A DNA stretch of 63,784 nucleotides, the filler included, from Squatina squatina (Eukaryota): assembly GCA_031763465.1 (NCBI GenBank). It is 4 parts of 4 records of this genome, joined end to end, with 100 filler letters (N's around TTAATTAATTAA, not from the genome) between each part and the next. Parts side by side here need not be neighbours in the genome. Positions count along the whole stretch, not along the records: positions 1 to 19,007 come from JARFOE010000042.1; 3 more parts are not named here. One strand, given 5' to 3'. The position numbers were made by a program, and so were the translations under genes. The notes beneath the pieces are model-generated. The model was not told the origin of the DNA and ran no database searches. It saw nothing but the letters and a program-made list of their open reading frames with translations. Of this stretch, positions 1 to 12,916 are shown one piece after another. The stretch's first letter is position 1. Each line of letters opens with the position of its first letter.

Positions 1-122
1 GTTTGATATCAAGAGTGTGGTAAATTGTAGAACGCACACGACCGCTACCCCTGGGTATCGGGTTGCGAGAGCGTGTGGCGCTTATTTTCATCGCGCTTTT
101 CCCCCCCCTCGCCCTCCTCCAG

Positions 123-287
123 GTGGCCGAGAAGCTGGAAATGTTGAAGAAACAATACGACGAAAAACTGGCTCAAAAGGAGGAGCTGCGCAAAAGGTCG
201 GAGGAGATGGAGATCAAGCTGGACCGCGCTGACAAGCTGTTGTCGGGTCTCGCTGCAGAGAAAGGACGCTGGGAACAGACTGTGAAG
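123..287 (+). CDS. DNAH2: Internal exon of an axonemal dynein heavy chain (DNAH2-like, stalk coiled coil)
   Basis: Pyrimidine tract plus AG at 121-122 and GTGAGG donor at 288. The 165-nt phase 0-0 exon encodes VAEKLEMLKKQYDEKLAQKEELRKRSEEMEIKLDRADKLLSGLAAEKGRWEQTVK, close to recalled vertebrate DNAH2. Confidence 0.85.
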
Positions 288-639
288 GTGAGGGGGGTGG
301 GGAGGCGTGCAGAATGGATGGATCATGCAGAAATGGATGTGGAGATGAAGCAAAAATTAGGGTATTTGGAGGGCCATGAGGAGAGAGAAAGGGGAAATGA
401 AGGAAGGAGGGTTGGAAGTTTAAGTATGAACTAGTGTTTTGGGTGGAAAGAAGCATGCCAATATGAATGGAGAGGGTTGGAGAGGAGAGTTTGTGTGTGA
501 GGTTGGGGAGTTGGATGGGGTACAGTGTGAGAGAGGGTGNNNNNNNNNNNNNNNNNNNNNNNNNNNNNNNNNNNNNNNNNNNNNNNNNNNNNNNNNNNNN
601 NNNNNNNNNNNNNNNNNNNNNNNNNNNNNNNNNNNNNNN

Positions 640-730
640 ATCATTAATATATATTGTAAATAACTGGGGTCCCAGCACTGAGCCTTGCGGTACCCCACTA
701 GTCACTGCCTGCCATTATGAAAAGGACCCG
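640..730 (-). mobile_element. CR1-clade LINE RT fragment
   Basis: Minus strand encodes TSGVPQGSVLGPQLFTIYIND; truncated by an N gap. Confidence 0.85.
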
Positions 731-1398
731 TTCTTCCTACCCTTTGCTTCAACTGTAACCACCACTTCCATTGGCTGCGTTGATGATTGATTAGAGGCAA
801 GTTACACCTAATTCAAGGCAAACAAGGACACAGCACTGTCTGTAAGAGACAGGCTGTTTGCTGTTCGACAAAGGGGAGACAATGAGTTTGGGCTGATAAT
901 ATTCATGAAGTACAGAGCCTTAATGGTCGGGGTAAAGATGGAAAAGCAGGAACAAAGTGAGACGCAACATATTTGTTAACATGACCCTTGACACTGCCCT
1001 GCTGCTCAGAGGCTCGGGTGAAGCAACCATGAATCTGTAAATGGTCGTGTGTGCACTGTGTGTATGTTTGAGTGTGCCAGTATTACAATAACGCCTTGTT
1101 GTAGCAAATTTGGATTGTTAATTCGAATCATTGACCTGGTAACCTCGGGCCGAGCGTCGCTTACAGGAGGGAACTCCATCACAACACAGGCAGCACTTTG
1201 TGTTATACGCACGTTCGCTGAGAGATCCTGAATATATGGGGAGTTGGACAAAGTAAGAAACATTGTCAGATACAGGAACATTTCTTTGTTGATTTTCTGA
1301 ATTGTTTGCATTGATTACTGTAATATCCGAGAGAGATTAAATATCAGATCCGTGGTTTTGTTCAGTTGGTTCCTCACTCTCTGTCTCTTTGTGTTCAG

Positions 1399-1478
1399 AG
1401 TGGAGAGCAAGGAATTGGTCGAATCAGGATTGGAGCAGTGGCGCTGTGGAACACGAACTGGAAAATACAGGAACTGCA
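1399..1478 (+). pseudogene. Decayed NLR (NLRC3/NLRP-like) LRR exon
   Basis: After acceptor tgtgttcag, one frame reads LWNTNWKIQELQ, resembling the fish NLR LRR motif ALRNPDCKIQEL. Frameshifted, and the donor is degenerate (ggaagt). Confidence 0.5.
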
Positions 1479-1599
1479 GGAAGTACAAGGCTATGTGATA
1501 TTTATTTCATAATAACTGTATGTCTAACAATGTTTATTAATATTAGTATCAATAATAGTTTTTTTTATAACAACTGGGATTTATCCTGATTCCTGTTAT

Positions 1600-1625
1600 T
1601 TCTCTCTCTCTCTCTCTCTCTCTCT
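1600..1625. repeat. (CT)n microsatellite in a polypyrimidine tract
   Basis: Direct run of TC dinucleotides before the acceptor at 1635-1636. Confidence 0.9.
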
Positions 1626-1636
1626 TTGATCTCCAG

Positions 1637-1807
1637 GCTACGGGGTACCGTTCCCACAGTGCCTTGTGTCGGCACTCTGGCCTCCACTCTGAGGACAAAC
1701 CGCTCACTGACGGTTCTGAAGCTGTTTTTTAATATTTGGGAGATTCAGGCGTGAAACTACTGTCTACGGCTCTCAGGAAAACTGGATTGCAAAATACAGT
1801 AATTGTG
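1637..1807 (+). pseudogene. Decayed ~171-nt NLR/ribonuclease-inhibitor-type LRR exon
   Basis: Reads LASTLRTNRSLTVLKL..., then after a frameshift LGDSGVKLLSTALRK...DCKIQ*. Size and motif fit fish NLR LRR exons; frameshifts and a stop are present. Confidence 0.75.
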
Positions 1808-1989
1808 TTTACAATTACTGGATGGCAGACTTTGTGTATCATTAGTAATCTCATTAATAGTGTTATTAATGAAAACTGTATATTATTATTAACTTCAGTA
1901 ATAGTGCAATTAATAAACACTGAACATATTTTTATTAGTAATAATCAGTCACCTGGCTCCATTCTTTTCAAACGAATGGGAGCGAGAAA

Positions 1990-2637
1990 ATCACCTGCAA
2001 CTAATTCTCTTCCCACTTGCTCATCTTTACCACTGGAGTCCCTCAAGGATATATCCTTGGCCCCCTCCTATTTCTGATCCATATGCTGCAATTTGCAACA
2101 TTATTCAAAAACACAAGGTCACTTTACATTTGGAGGCTGACGACACCAAGCTCAACCTCACAAACACTTCTCTCGACCAATCCAAGGTCTCTACATTTTC
2201 AGATAGCCTCATGCATTATTGGATCAGCAGAAACGTTCTCAAATTGAATATTGTGAAGACGGAAGAAAATGTTTTTGATCCCCACCACAAAGTCCGTTCC
2301 CTCGTCACTGACTGCATCCCTCTCCCTTGCACATGTCAGAGGCTGAACCAAACTTTTCACAAATTTGACTTCATATTTGATCAGGAAATTAGATTCCAAT
2401 CTGACATCCACGGCATAAGTAAAACCGGCTATTTCCACCTCTGTAATATTGCCCATCTCCACCCCTGTTTCAGATCACCTTCTGCTGAAATCCTAATCCA
2501 TGCCTTTGCTACGTCTAGACTTGACTCCTGCAACGCACTTCTGGCTGGCCTCCCACACTCAACCCGACGTAAATTGTGGTCATCCAAATCTTGACAGCCC
2601 ATGTCCTAACTCAAAACAAGTCCTGTTCACCCATCAC
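1990..2637 (+). mobile_element. L2-clade LINE RT fragment
   Basis: TGVPQGYILGPLLFLI, ADDTKL, LKLNIVKTE and FHLCNIAHLHP...EILIHAFATSRLDSCNALLAGLP, across frameshifted ORFs. Confidence 0.85.
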
Positions 2638-2813
2638 TGGACTGTAAAATAGAGAAACTGTAGTAAGTAACAGGCTGAGAGAGATTGTGTTTATAATAAC
2701 TGCAGGTCTGATGCAGAATTTAATATTGTGATCTAGAACAGTATTAGTAATAAACACTGAGCCTTATCCTGATTGATCTGATCTCATTCTCGGTCTCTGG
2801 CACTGATCCCCAG

Positions 2814-2983
2814 GCTGGATAATGACTGTCTCACAGGTTCTTGTTCGGGGGATACTCCTCCACTCTCAGCACAAACCAGTCACTGACGCTTCTGAACCTG
2901 AACAATAATTAACTGGGAAATTGAGGATGGAGCTACTTTCGCTGACTATGAGTAGCCTGGAGTGGAAAATACCATGACTGTTG
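2814..2983 (+). pseudogene. Decayed NLR LRR exon (paralogous repeat of 1637-1807)
   Basis: Acceptor gatccccag, then LDNDCLTGSC...STLSTNQSLTLLNLNNN*LG with stops and frameshifts. Flanking intron sequence (ataataactg...aacactgagccttat) recurs around each LRR exon. Confidence 0.7.
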
Positions 2984-3109
2984 TTCGTGCTGGACTGTGT
3001 GAGATTGAGTTTATAATAACTGGATGAATGAAGGTCCACATGCAAGGAACCGAACACTGAGCCTTATGGAACTCACCTGGAAATAACTTGCTAGTCACAA
3101 AAATATCCA

Positions 3110-3320
3110 TCGGTCATTTGCCTTTGTTATGTAATAATGTAGAATACATCAAAAAACTAACTTCATCAAACCTCCTTGGCGCCTCCTCAAAAATTCAATC
3201 AAGTTATTCAGATTCGACTTTCCTTAGAAAAATCCATGCTGACTGTCCCTGATGAACCCATGTCTTTGTAAATGATGATTAATAGTGTCCCTCAGATTTT
3301 TTTCAAACAATTTGCCCAAC
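3110..3320 (-). mobile_element. CR1 RT fragment
   Basis: Minus strand shows degenerate QHGF...NLIEFFEE-type CR1 RT sequence. Confidence 0.65.
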
Positions 3321-4012
3321 AGATTTGTTAAAGGAGAAACACATCTTCTATTACTGTTAATTCATTGCTGAGGTAAAACACACATCGCAGGATCATGGAT
3401 TTGGAAAGTTGATGGTTTTATTGTACCTGAGCTGGCCGAGTGTTTATGGTAATTGATTTTTCACCACGCAGGTTCGTATCCTGCTCGCAGACGGTCTACA
3501 CAGTGTCACACTCCGTACTTCAATCACTTTATTTTATTATAATCTGGCCCGTTCTGAACAATTTTGGACATTTCAATGCCAGTTTTAGGGATAGCAGAGA
3601 ATTGGCTAGAAACCTGATTAAATACCTGATAAAGAGCTGAATTTGATCAAAAGTACAATTTCCCCAAAGGGACTTTTAAACTGACTGTTCAAGGGAGGAT
3701 GCTGGGAAATCTGATCAAATTCCAGAAATGTCCTGCAGGCTGACTGGAAAGATACGGAGAAGGAGGCGCCAGAGACTGTGGGGAGCTGATGCCAACAACA
3801 GGAGCTGTTTGTTAGCATTAGTCTGTGTCCCAATGGGAGAATGACAATGGAAAGACACCGGAAAACATGTTACTGTCATGAGGAATGGTTTAATGCAGCC
3901 AGTCGAAAGGAAAGAAGAAAGCTCAGTCCACGAGACCATACATGAGATAGACAAACGGGGAGGACATCTCAAAGAGGGACCAGTAGAACTCCAAGGAGGT
4001 CATCAAAAAATA

Positions 4013-4790
4013 ACATAGAAACAAAGGAAATAGGAGCAGGACTAGGCCGTTCGGTCCTTCGAGCCCGCTCTGCCATTCTGATCATGCCTGATCCTCTATT
4101 TCAACACCATAGTCTGGCTTTCTCCCCATTCACCTTGATGCCTTTAGTGCCCAAAAATCTATCTATCTCCTTCTTGAATGTTTTCAATTACTTGGCCTGC
4201 AGGATCTTCTGTGGTGGACAATTCCGCAGCTTCACCACGCTCTGAGTGAAGGCATTTCTCCTCATCCCAGTCCTAAATGGCCTACCCTGTATCCTGGGAC
4301 TGTGACACCTGGTTCTGGACTCACCAGCCAGGAGAAACTTCATCCCTGTATCTAGTTTGTCGAGCCCTGTCAGAATTTTATACGCTTCAATAAGATGCCC
4401 TTTCTTTCTTCTAAGTTCTCGTGAATACACTCCCAGTCGACCCAATGTCTTCTCATACGACAGTCCTGGCATCCCAGAAATCAGTCTCGTGAACCTTAGC
4501 TGCACTCCCTCTATGGCAAGGTTCTCCTTTCTTTGGCAAGGAGACCAAAATTGCACACAGTACCCCGGATATGGTCACAACAAGGTCCTGTGTTACTGCA
4601 GTAAGACATCATTGCTCCTTTACTCAAATCCTCTTGCAATGAAGGCCAAGATACCATTTGCCTTCCCAACTGCTTGCTGCACCAGCCTGTTTGCTTGCAG
4701 TGACTGGTGCACAAGGACATTCAGGTCTATTTGTACATCAACATTTCTCAATCTATAACCATTGAAATAATGATCTGTCTTTCTGTAAGG
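4013..4790 (-). mobile_element. CR1/HER1-type LINE 3' end (5'-truncated)
   Basis: VGKANGILAFIARG and QFWSP...GLSYEKTLGRLG...LIEAYKIL, plus a 3' UTR stem-loop and simple-repeat tail near 4013-4070. Confidence 0.9.
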
Positions 4791-4919
4791 AACTGCACTG
4801 TCTTCAGAAGCAGAAGAATCGGCCAATGAGAGTTTGGAGTTGCACTACTGACTTAAAGGTTGCGTGAATCTCGAACTTGAAACATATTACAATGTTAATA
4901 AGTAATTCTTAGAATGAAT

Positions 4920-5440
4920 ACCAACAGTTTGCATTTATATTGTGCCTTCAATGTAGTAAAACGTCACATGACGCTTGACAGCAGAGTTATCAAACAATAC
5001 TGATACCAAGCCACGTAAGTAGATGTTAGAGCAGATGACCAAAAACTGGTTTTGAAGGATCGGCTTCAAGGAGAAAAGAAAGATAAAGAGGCGGAGAAGT
5101 TTACGAAGGGAATTCCAGAGATTAGGACCTTGTCAGCTGCAAGCCCCCAGAGAGTAAAATCAGAGTTAGTAAAGAGGCTAGAATTGGAGGAGCGCAGATA
5201 CCACAGAGAGTTCGAGGGCTGGAGTGCTGGAGGCTGTTTCTGAGACAGAGAGCGGTGAGAACATGGAGTGCTTTGAAAATAAGAATGATACCTTTAAAAT
5301 TGAGGCGTGGCTTAACCAGGAACCAATGTAGGTGAGCGAGCAGAGAGGTGATGGATGAGCGGGACTTGTTGCGAGTTAGGTTATGAACAGCATATATTTG
5401 GATGACCATAACATTTTGGAAGATTGAAAACGGATAGCCG
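4920..5440 (-). mobile_element. L2-clade LINE 3' end
   Basis: SRSSITSLLAHLHWFLVKPRLNFKGIILIFKALH on the minus strand, with an L2-like tail near 4925-4980. Confidence 0.75.
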
Positions 5441-6204
5441 GTCAGGCATACAACACAGAATTTTAGTCGTTCCACCGTGCCAGCAGGGATAAGCTCTGCA
5501 ATTATTCCCATTGAGCTGATTGTTCCCCATAGCTCTGGGAATGTTTTTACTTCAAGTATTTAGCTAATGCCTTTGTTCAAGTTACAAATAACTCGACTTG
5601 TACCATATGGTCAGGGAATCCAGTCGAGATCATAATATCTCACTGTGTTACAAAGACGTTTCCTAATGTCACCACTGGTCTTTCATCAATCACCTTAAAC
5701 GTCAAGTCCAAATTCTCCATTGTTCTCAAGCATGTTATACTTAGCGCAAGTCTTGCCTCAGATACTAATATACTCAGCAAAGGAAAAACTTTGTAAAAAT
5801 GTGAGGAGTGAGTTGAATCAGAGAGCGCTTTCAGTGAGCCGACACAGCCAAGATTTGTAATATATCATGCTTCTATAATGTCAGATTGTGAGAGTCTAAT
5901 GCTTCATGTTCTGAAAATGATATTGTTGATGGCGCGTTTTTTTAGTGGTATGATTCTGGATTTGGGATTTTGCACACCTGACATGCATTCAAATTCCAGA
6001 GGAGCCAGGCTGTTTATTCGCTAAAAGCAATGACAGAATAAATGCTATAAAATGAACACTTCAAGTTGTTTTCACCTCGTTGTCTGAAATTCCTGAGCTT
6101 CACAGCAGCAATCTGTAAACCAAACATAAATGTCAATTCAAAGAGATTCAAATGGATTCGCCTCAGTGTCGCGATGTGTGTCTAATTAATATCTGCTTTT
6201 TTAA

Positions 6205-7350
6205 ATCAGGGGATGTGGATGTCAAGACCAAGGCCAACATTTATTGGGCATCTCCAATTGCCTTTGAGATGGTGGTGATGAGCTGCCTTCTTAAACATCT
6301 GCAGTCTGTGTGGTGCTGTTGCTCCCACAGCGCTGGTTAGGGACGGAGTTCCAAGATTTTGACCAAGGGACGATCAATAAACGGAGCTACATTTTCATGC
6401 CTGATTGTTGTGTAACTTCGAGCGGCACTTGGAGGTGACTGTGTTCCCATGCACCTGCTGCCCTGAAGTTTCAAGTTTGTTCAGATCAAGGGTATAGGAG
6501 GAGCTATTGAAGCAACCTTGGCGAATTAGTGCAGTGCTACCTGAAACTGCGACATACTGCAGCCACGGTGATCCAGTGGTTGAGGGCGTCAATGTTTACG
6601 GTGCTGGATGGGGTCTAAATAATGCATCTGCGTTGTCCTTTTGTGGGGAGAAGGCGGGATGGTGGCCTTATGGGCTGCGGCTGGAGACACTGGCATAACA
6701 GGAGGTGTTTGGGTGGGAGTGTTCCTCCATTTACCCTGTCCAGCCCCCTATGAATCTTATATGTTTCAATACGATCTGTTGAACTTTTGACTGTTGCTGG
6801 GGCTCCACTCATTCAGTTCATTGGATAGGATTACATCACAATCCTCACATTGTGCCGTGTAGGTGGTTGAAAAGCTTTGGCGAGTCAGAGCAGAGCACCA
6901 AGCTTCTGACTTGCTCTTTTAGCCAAATTCCTTAGGTAGCTGGTCGAGTTAAGTTTCTGATCGATGTTGTCGGTGTGGGATTCGGCCAAAGCCTTTGAAT
7001 GCCAAGGGACGCTGGTTAATATATCGCTTGTTGGAGACCCTCAAAAACCTGGTGCTTGTGCGGTGTGAATGTTACTTGCCACTTGTCAAGCCAAGTCTTG
7101 CTGTATGCGGCCACGCTCTGCTTCATTACCTGTGGAGGCGAGAATGGAACTGAACACTGTGAAGTTAGCAGCTAATATCCCCGCTTCTGAGCTTATGTTG
7201 GAGCGAACTTCATTGTTGAAACAGGTGAAGGTGTTTGAGCCTTGGACACTTACCTGATGAACTCATGCTGCGATGTCCTGGGGCTGAGATGATTGACCAA
7301 CAACAACCACAACCATCTTCCTTTGTGCGAGGCATGACTCCAGCCAGTGG
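6205..7350 (-). mobile_element. Degenerate non-LTR retrotransposon (clade uncertain) with a small CR1 fragment near 6715-6775
   Basis: Related sequence recurs at ~48645-48732 and ~61620-61870. The embedded fragment encodes IETYKIHRGLDRV. Confidence 0.5.
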
Positions 7351-7554
7351 AGATCTAGTCACGTGGATTAGACTTCTAATTTGTTGGGCCTTGGAAGTTG
7401 ATGAGTTACAGACTGGTTTCAGTTCAGGGCAACTTGTTTCTGGTGCTGGAGAGTGAAATTCTTCAGCAAAACCTCAACTGATTCATTAATGTCCTTCATG
7501 GAGGAACAATGCCACAACAACACCTCCTGTTATACCAGTGTCTCCAGTCGCAGC

Positions 7555-8580
7555 CATAAGAAGTAGGACCAGGAGTAGGCCATTCGGCCCGTCGAACCCA
7601 CTCCGACTTTCAAATGGATCATGGCTGATCCGACATTTCTCAAGTCCACCTTCCCGCCTTGTCCCCATAACCCTTGATTCCCTGACTGATTAGAAATCGA
7701 TCTATCTCGGACTTAAATATGCACAAGGCCTCAGCCTCCACAGCCCTCTGTGGCTCGAAGTTCCAAAGACTCACATCCCTTGCATTTTTCCTCCTTGCAT
7801 TTTTCTTAAATGGGTGCCCCTTTATCCTGAGACTGTGTCCTCTGGTCCTAGGCTCACCCATGAGAGGAAACATCCTCTCAGTATTTACCCTGGCCAGCCC
7901 CCTAAGAATCTTGTATGTTTCAAGAAGATCTCCTCTCATTCTTCTAAACTCCAATGACTAGAGTGCCAACCTGCTCAACCTTTCCTCAGAGGACAATCCC
8001 TCCATACCCGGAATTATCCGAGTAAACCTTCTCTGAACGAACTCCACTGAATTTATATCCTTCCTTAAATACCGGGAACAAAAATGTTCACAGTACTCCA
8101 GATGGTGGTCTAACCAGTGCCTTGCATAGAAGCAGAAAGACTTCCTTACCTATGTACTCCCAGCCCCCTTGAAATAAAGGCCAAAATTCCATTAGCCTTC
8201 CCTATTACCTGCTGCACCTGTGTTTTAGCTTTCTGTGTTTCATGCACAAGGACACACAAATCCCTTTGTGATGCAGCTATCTGTGGTTTTTCTCCGTTTA
8301 AATAATATGTTCTTTTGTTTTTCTTTCCAAAATGAACAACTTCACATTTTGCCACATTATACTCCACTTGCCAGATTTTTGCCCACTCACCTAACCTATC
8401 AATATCTCTCTGGAAAATGTTGGTATCCTCCTCGCAAGTTGCCTTCCCACCTATTTTTGTGTCATCGACAAATTTAGCAACAGTGCTTTCGCTTCCTTCC
8501 TCCAAGTCATTAATGTATATTGCAAACAGGTGTGGCCCCAGCACTGATCCCTGTGGCACCCCACTGGTTACTGGTTGCCA
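7555..8580 (-). mobile_element. CR1 LINE RT and 3' UTR
   Basis: WQPVTSGVPQGSVLGPHLFAIYINDL...KFVDDTKIGG...IGKANGILAFISRG and RMRGDLLETYKIL; stem-loop tail at 7555-7610. Confidence 0.93.
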
Positions 8581-8774
8581 NNNNNNNNNNNNNNNNNNNN
8601 NNNNNNNNNNNNNNNNNNNNNNNNNNNNNNNNNNNNNNNNNNNNNNNNNNNNNNNNNNNNNNNNNNNNNNNNNNNNNNNNGCAAAGAATGTACTCTGGGT
8701 GGGGGTCTTCAATGTCCATCACCAAGAGTGATTCGGTAGCACCACTACTGACCAAGCCTGGAAGGACACAGCTG

Positions 8775-9218
8775 TTGACAAGAGAGGAGGCATTGCTGGA
8801 TCTGGTTCTGGGAATTGAGGTAGGTCAAGTGGAGCAAGTGTCAATTGGTGAACACTTAGGGAACAGTGATCATATCATAAGGTTTTGATTAGCGATTGAA
8901 AAGGACAGGGATAGTACAGGGAGCAATCTTGAGTAAAAATGTTTAACTGGCCAATTTCAGTGGGATGAGCACGGATTTGACCCGGGTAAACTGGAATCAA
9001 AGATTGACAGGCAAAACTGTCGTGGAACAATGGGCTGCCTTTAAAAAGGAAATAGTTTGGGTACAGTCGAGGTACATGGTCACGAGGGGGAAATGTAGGG
9101 CAACTAAAGTCAGCGCTCCCTGGATGATGAAACCGATAGAGAGTAAGATGAAGCAGAAAAAGAGCATGTATGACAGATGTCAGGTTGCAAATACATCTGA
9201 GAATCAGGTTATGTATAG
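8775..9218 (+). mobile_element. CR1 ORF2 endonuclease/tether fragment
   Basis: TREEALLDLVLG...GEHLGNSDHIIRF (APE SDH motif) and WAAFKKEI...APWM. Confidence 0.85.
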
Positions 9219-9947
9219 NNNNNNNNNNNNNNNNNNNNNNNNNNNNNNNNNNNNNNNNNNNNNNNNNNNNNNNNNNNNNNNNNNNNNNNNNNNNNNNNNN
9301 NNNNNNNNNNNNNNNNNNATATTAACAGCAATACTAGTGTGGAAAAGCCCAAGTTGTTGTCAGCTTCACTGATTTCACTGATTGCGGGCTATTGGGGCGG
9401 GGCCCACAGCGCAGCCAGTGTCGGAGCAGTGAATGACTGACCGCAATTTCAGGATTTCCGCATTCGGATGTGCGTGCATGAAATCTTAAAGCTGGGGTCA
9501 GTTTCAGAGGGGTAATGAAGCCACACGCCGACAGTTCGCCGTTATTACCCACCGCGAAATCCGGACAATTATATTTAAAAATCTATGTCTGCTCACATAT
9601 GGGATCCTGCTGTCAAGTTCTGTCACTCTCCCATTTCAAATTCCTGTATCAACATTTATAATGGAAGCTGTCAATGTAAACCTGTCACACTGTAATTGCA
9701 TTGCAATGGTAACGGCCTGTACTGCTGTGCTGCGACCAAGTCCACTTTCTGCTTCATAAATTGCCGTAAATGTTGCTATTAATAACTTCAAATGTAAGTA
9801 TTATGTAAAAATAATGACTTAACAGTGACTTTAAAATGGGGAATTAACTGGGGCTGCACACCTGGCTCACCTGGAGTCTGCACTTGATCCTGTCTCACCA
9901 TGTGCAGTGCCAAAGAAGACCATCTCCTCTTATGTAAATAAATTGAT

Positions 9948-10203
9948 TAAGAACATAAGAACATAAGAACTAGGAGCAGGAGTCAGCCATTCGGCCCCTC
10001 GAGCCTGCCCCGCTATTCAACAAGATCATGGCTGATATTCTACCTCAACACCATTTCCTGCACTATCCCCATATCCCTTGATGCCTTTAATATCGAGAAA
10101 TCTATTGATCTCTGTCTTGAATAAACTCAATGACTGAGCCTCCACAGCCCTCTGGGGCAGATAATTCCAAAGATTCACCCCCCTCTGAGTGAAGAACTTT
10201 CTC
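9948..10203 (-). mobile_element. CR1 3' end with octamer-repeat tail
   Basis: TAAGAACA repeats at ~9948-9970, the GAGCAGG...GAAT...CCTGCTC-type hairpin, and RKFFTQRGVNLWN. Confidence 0.9.
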
Positions 10204-10344
10204 NNNNNNNNNNNNNNNNNNNNNNNNNNNNNNNNNNNNNNNNNNNNNNNNNNNNNNNNNNNNNNNNNNNNNNNNNNNNNNNNNNNNNNNNNNNNNNNNN
10301 NNNCTATAACATAATCTAACACCTTGTTTAATTGCATCAAATTG

Positions 10345-10850
10345 CAGACTGTACAGCACAGAAACAGGCCATTCGGTCCCACTGGTCCATGCCAGTGTTT
10401 ATGCTCCACACGAGTCTCTTTATCTAACCCTATCAGCATAACCCTCTATTTCTTTCTCTCTCGTGTGGATTTATCAAGCATTCCCTTAAATGCATCTATC
10501 CTATTCACCCCAATTACTCCCTGTGATAGCATGTTCCACATTCTAACCACCCTCAGGGTAAAGAAGTTCCTCCTGAATTCACTATTGGATTTATTGGTGA
10601 CGACTTTATATTCATGGCCTCTAGTTTTGGACTCGCCACAAATGGAAACATCTCTACACCTACTTTATCAAACCCTATCTTTAATAATCTTAAAGACCTC
10701 GATAAGGTCACCCTTAGTCTTCTCTTTTCTAGGGAAAAGAGTACCAGCCTGTCCTGTCTTTCCTGATAGGTATAACCTCTCAGTTCTGATATCATCCTTG
10801 CAAATCTTTCTCCAGTGCCTCTATATCCTTTGTATAATATGGAGACCAGA
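10345..10850 (-). mobile_element. CR1 3' end (different subfamily)
   Basis: RFARMISELRGYTYQERQDRLVLFSLEKRRLR; tail with ggccattcggtcc. Confidence 0.8.
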
Positions 10851-11386
10851 ATAGAGTTATTTTTCTTCTGTTTTGGTTTAGTTACTTGCTCTATGGATGA
10901 GGAAAAAATATGCAAACTAGTTTGTTTGTGAGAGTGGGCTGTGGTTGTTAATGCTGACATTCAAAATTGTTGGGGGCATGCAGTGCAGGGCTGGAGGATG
11001 AGACACTTGGCCAGCTTTTAGTGCTGGTATTGATGAGCTGATGGAGATAGTTTCCTCTTACATGACAATTTTTGTCGCTCCTGATATTGAGGCCACTGCA
11101 CTGTACTGGGTCTTTAATGATCACTTTTGTACTGTTCTGCTTTCATGGAGCAAAATAATGTTAATGTTGTTATTCCAGAAAAAAAAAATCAGGATGTCAT
11201 AAGAATGAGATGCATTGAATTTTACAGCTCAGAAACAGGCCATTTGGCCCAACTAGTCTACGCTGGTGTTTATACTACAAACAAGCNNNNNNNNNNNNNN
11301 NNNNNNNNNNNNNNNNNNNNNNNNNNNNNNNNNNNNNNNNNNNNNNNNNNNNNNNNNNNNNNNNNNNNNNNNNNNNNNNNNNNNNN

Positions 11387-11482
11387 ACTCTGTTTTTCTC
11401 TCCACAGATGCTGCCTGACCTGAGTTTTTCCAGCATTTTTTGTTTGTATTCTAGATTCCAGCATCCTTCGTATCCTGCTTTT
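11387..11482 (+). mobile_element. Penelope-like element terminal fragment
   Basis: ctctgtttttctctccacagatgctgcctgacctg...ccagcattttt, the same family as 13598, 21325, 42205, 43410 and 51525. Confidence 0.65.
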
Positions 11483-11984
11483 GTAAGAGAGTAGGCCGTA
11501 CTAGATTTAGTAATAGTTATGAGCCAGGTTTAGATAGTCTAACATTAAGGGAATATTTAGATAACAGTGATCATAATATGATTGAATTCAATGTTCAGTT
11601 TGAAAAGGAGAAACATAACACAGTTACGGAGATTCTAGATTTTGGTAAGGCAAACTTTAACAAGATGAGACAGTGACTGACAACAGCAAACTGGTCAAAA
11701 CTGTTATCAGGTGAAACTACAGATGAGCAGTTGCATTGTTTAAAAAACAGGCAAGGGCTCTACTTGCCAAATAAAAGAGCCATGGTCGACAAAAGAGGTG
11801 AAAGATAACATAAAAGTAAAGTAAATAACATATAAAAGTGCAAAGAATAGTGTTCGTCAGGGGATTGGGAGAGTTATAGAGAACAGCAAAAAGATAGAGC
11901 TCCAAAAAGGGAATATGACAAAAACTTGCGAGGTGTATCAAGATTAACACGAATAGTTTTTACAATGATATTAGAATAAAAGAG

Positions 11985-12127
11985 CAATGTTGCCTCTAAT
12001 CTTTATTTATGGTGCGCGGCTGCTGGTATCTTTTCCAGTGGAACAGCTGGTGAGCAGTCTGTGCGGCCCCTCCCGGTCGATGCGCGACCATGCAGCCATG
12101 CAGCCATGCAGCTTAGGGGGAATGTTG
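11985..12127. mobile_element. Short MITE with CAATGTTCCCTCTAA-type TIRs (hAT-like)
   Basis: Ends caatgttgcctctaa ... ttagggggaatgttg; it interrupts the CR1, and a second copy lies at 17734-17879. Confidence 0.6.
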
Positions 12128-12810
12128 GTCAAGGGGAATGTTGACCCTTTAAAGACAGATGCAGGTAATGCAAATGAAAATAAGGAAATGGCAGACTTAT
12201 TCAATAATTACTTTATCAGTCTTCACAGTAGAGGAAGAGGATAATATACCTGATATTCCAGGAAAATTAATGAATCAAGGACTGGAACTCATGAAAGTTA
12301 ACGCAAGCAAGAAAATGGTGTTAGAAAAAATAATGGCACTAAAGACTGACAAGCCCCCAGGACCTGTCAAAACCCAGGGTTTCAAAGGAAGTAGGTGAGG
12401 AAATTGCAGATGCTTCAGCCATAAACTTCCAAATCTCTTTCGATTCAAGAATTGACCCTTTAGATTGGGGAAATTGCAAATGTAACTCCATTATTTAAGA
12501 AAGGTGAGAGGAACCAGGAAATTTTGGACCTGTTAGTTTAATACCTGTTGTGGGGAAGTTATTGGAATCTAGAATTAAAGACAGAGTGACTGAGCACATA
12601 GAGAAATTTGAGCTGATTAGAGAAAACCAACATAGATGTATGAAGTGTGGGTTATGTCTAACAAACCTACTTGAATTTTTTGAAAAAATAACTAAAGTAG
12701 TAGACGGGAATGTCTATGGATATATTTTATATGGACTTCCAGAAGGCATTCAATAAGATTCCACAAAAGAGACTGTTGGCTAAAATTAAATCTCATGGAA
12801 TTGAAGGCAA

Positions 12811-12916
12811 GTGCAGGAAAATGGCATCAAGGTAGAAGATCAGCCATGATCTTGTTGAATGGCGGAGCAGGCTCGAGGGGCCGAATGGCCTACTCCTGCT
12901 CGTAGTTCTTATGTTC
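12811..12916 (+). mobile_element. Short 5'-truncated CR1 3' UTR nested in an older CR1
   Basis: gatcagccatgatcttgttgaatggcggagcaggctcgaggggccgaatggcctactcctgctc...ttcttatgttc within RT-coding sequence. Confidence 0.85.
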
